A stretch of DNA of 64,000 nt from Psammoneis japonica (Eukaryota). Within the stretch, counting starts at the first letter, position 1; each line of letters begins with the position of its first letter. The notes beneath the pieces are model-generated. The model did no database searches. It was not told where the DNA came from and saw only the letters and a list, made by a program, of their open reading frames with translations. The stretch spans positions 62,001 through 126,000 of the forward strand of contig QPGO01000041.1 of assembly GCA_008632985.1 (NCBI GenBank), in the 5' to 3' direction. A program made the position numbers and the translations under genes. This document shows positions 61,390-64,000 of the stretch, in pieces.

Positions 61390-64000
61390 TGCAGGCAGGA
61401 ACAAGCAAATGACAGGCAATCGCAAAACCGCCAACACCACCACCAACGTCGAGGAAATTAAAGGGGCTTCGAATTTGGGCCGCAAGGAGAGCGGGGTTAC
61501 AAATGACCTCGGCGAAGAAGGCAAAGCTTGTCGCACCACCGTGTGATTCCACACCACCACCAGCAAAACGACCAATTTGATCATCAATTGGCGGCATGTG
61601 ATTGCAACAGAGGGAGTGCATGTTCCTGTGATGGGAGCGACTCACAACAACCACATCTCAGTGAAAATGAAACCCTTCAGTGGCCATTGAAAGTGGATTG
61701 GATGATTTGGGTGACAGAGAGAGCAGTTGGAGAGACACGGCATTGGGGAAGCAGAGAGAATGACCTGTTGAGACAGGGACAAATTAATGTGAGACAATGA
61801 GCGATGTGGATTTGCACAAACAAATGGGAGGTTTGACACGACTTGACAAACCAAACGAAACTGATGTTGCATCAGGAAGCAGGCGCAATGCATGCATCAA
61901 TGTGAGAAGATGCAACACATTGTTTGACATTGATTTGAGTGACACTGCAATCTTCTTCATTGGTGCGCCAGATTGCCTGGCAAAGGTGCACAATTCAAAA
62001 CAGTGGAACGTTGACAGAAATTCAAACATGGGGTTGGGAATGAGCACTCAAAAATGATGCAAAGACCTGTTTGAATCAAGAGAGGACATGCGAGCAACAA
62101 CAAAACCGAGAAAATCACATGCAAAGTGCGTTCATTTCGCAACTTGCCTTTCACAAAGCAACAGGAAAGGACGGAAGTTCCAAATGAGAGGAAGCCATTG
62201 GGAAGGTGAAAAAGATGGAAGATGCAGTTCTCACAGGAGCAACGGAGGGAGGAAGTGCAACTTCCAGCAGCAAGTGAGGTTGAGAAAGGACATGACAAAG
62301 AGTTGCTGATGAGCCAACAGAATTGGATTTGTCTGTGTGGTGTCACATGAAGTCACCATGAGTCCTGCGGTGGTGGCCTTGTTGCACTCACAAAGAAACA
62401 AACATGGGGAATTAAACAGATTCCAGCACGCAGGTGGGGATTCAAGTTTGGCGGTGACTCCCACAGAGGGGTGTCTTGCGTTGGATCATGCACCAGTGGT
62501 GGGCAAGAAATTGACAGCATCGATGCTCACAAAGGCAGTCAATGAGAGTGTTTGGCCACATCGCAAGTTCGCAATCTTTGATCAAGAACTCGCCGCAGGA
62601 GGAGATTGCATGAAATTGGTTCTGCAGGAGTTGAGGAGCATGGCGTCTTCACCGGAGGCATTCTGGGAAGAATGCAAAGAGGTGTTCAGGACCAAACTCA
62701 ACCAAAAGAGGAACAATGTGCAGGACAACACATTGGGAGGAGAATGACAGGCAAGCAGATGTGTGCGTGCCGCTGATTGTGTTGGAGGCGATTGTCTGAC
62801 GGGATGAGTGTTGCTTCCTTTGCTTCCATCTGTGCAGTTGCTGCTTTAGAGGGATCGCTGGTGGGTTGCAAAGATTTGACAAAGGGAAGAAATGACAAGG
62901 ACACATGCCCGTGGTTCTTGGAAACTGTGGTGCCGACGTTGGTGGGACAAGCGCAGTTTGGCAGAAGCACAACCAACATGCTTCAGGAGTGGCTTTCCAT
63001 TTTGTCGGAGGCATTTGCTCTGCCAGCGGCCGCACTTGAGCTGCTGCGACAAGGTGAAGGACATGGCAGAGAAATTGGAAAAGGAAGAAAATGTTGCAAG
63101 GAGAAGAAAGCTGACTGTGAAAGACGCTGCTCCTGCAAAGTGGACAGCACAGGCAGCAGGGGAATCGGCAAAGAGGAGCCAAGGATGGAGCAAGGAGGGG
63201 ATCAAGAAGCACAATGATCCATGTCAGTGGGTGGTGAAAGACAGAGAGAACAACCAGGGATTTGGTGCATGGTTCAAGGAGAGAAGGCGAGAGAAGACAA
63301 GCTTGTCCAAGGGGGAAAACAAGAAGTGCAAAAGAGAGGAAAAGAGAAAGGAGAGAGAGGAAGGATGGGCGGCGCCGATGGGAGAGGACCTGCCATTGCA
63401 GGCGGTGGCTGCAGGCAATGGAGCGGCAGCAAATGCTGCAATGGCCGCCAACCAAACTGGTGTGCAAAAGCAATTTGAAACAAACAACAAAATCTGGAAA
63501 AGCGAGAACACAAAAAAAAATGTTCTGCAGTGCGGCTTGGATGCAAGAACGTGCGGCAATTGGGAACTTTGATTTGAAAATGACATGGCAAAGAGACAAA
63601 ATGCAGGACAAGTTGGCAGACAAGGAGGGTGGATTGCAAGTGGCAACATTTGTGCTGAAAGAACGAGAAACCGCAAATGTCAATTGGGGCGCAGGTGTCA
63701 GCATTGTGTGAAAAGAATGACCGTGCTTAAAAGTGGGAAGCGATTTGGGTTTTGGAAGCTTGTGAACTTGCACAGTTCTCACATCACATTCAAGAGAGAC
63801 TTGGCTCACAAGCCAACAACAATCTGGCATCAAAGTCAACAAATGCCCAGATTGTGGCAGACGGTCAGACCCAGATTGTTGGCGTCCCAGATGAAGGGGT
63901 TTTCACAAAGACAGCAGTGCAAAGCAGGAGTTTCCAGTGCTGCCCCCCAGGTGCACAGCGCACCACTTGCCTGGCACTCTCTCATCCCAAACTGCGCCAA

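Larger units (their letters stand above)
56900..64000 (+). mobile_element. Large decayed DNA-transposon region (possibly Plavaka/CMC-like) carrying several mutated ORFs; runs off window
   Basis: C2H2/C2HC finger remnants at 56980-57360; SFTETLQDLF...P-D-WSP at about 58550; EAFAL...KWT...GWSKEGIK..N...V..DR at about 63000-63250; two nested MITEs; TpA nearly absent. Confidence 0.4.

Overview
Eukaryotic genomic DNA, most likely from a diatom (inferred from short GT-AG introns, signal-peptide + ASAFAP-like plastid presequences and diatom-type gene families). Ordinary gene islands alternate with repeat domains. Genes: PTC7-like PP2C, claudin-like membrane protein, HADHB-type thiolase, serine O-acetyltransferase, two M12B-like zinc metalloproteases, three SRPBCC genes, a 2OG-Fe(II) oxygenase, an iGluR-like channel, a carotenoid cleavage oxygenase and a FUSC/ALMT-like membrane protein. 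Repeats: two Ty3/Gypsy copies tail-to-tail at one AAACC target site, a PIF/Harbinger element, two MITE families, a decayed gene duplicate and older relics. The most striking signal is that the repeat domains have had TpA dinucleotides converted to TpG or CpA (A:T->G:C transitions on both strands, sometimes in same-strand clusters). This is seen directly in LTR pairs, MITE copies and a gene/pseudogene pair, while neighbouring genes are spared. Tyr codons become Cys/His and TAA/TAG stops vanish. It resembles a RIP-like, repeat-targeted genome-defence mutagenesis with the opposite chemistry to fungal RIP. All alignments and counts were done by eye.
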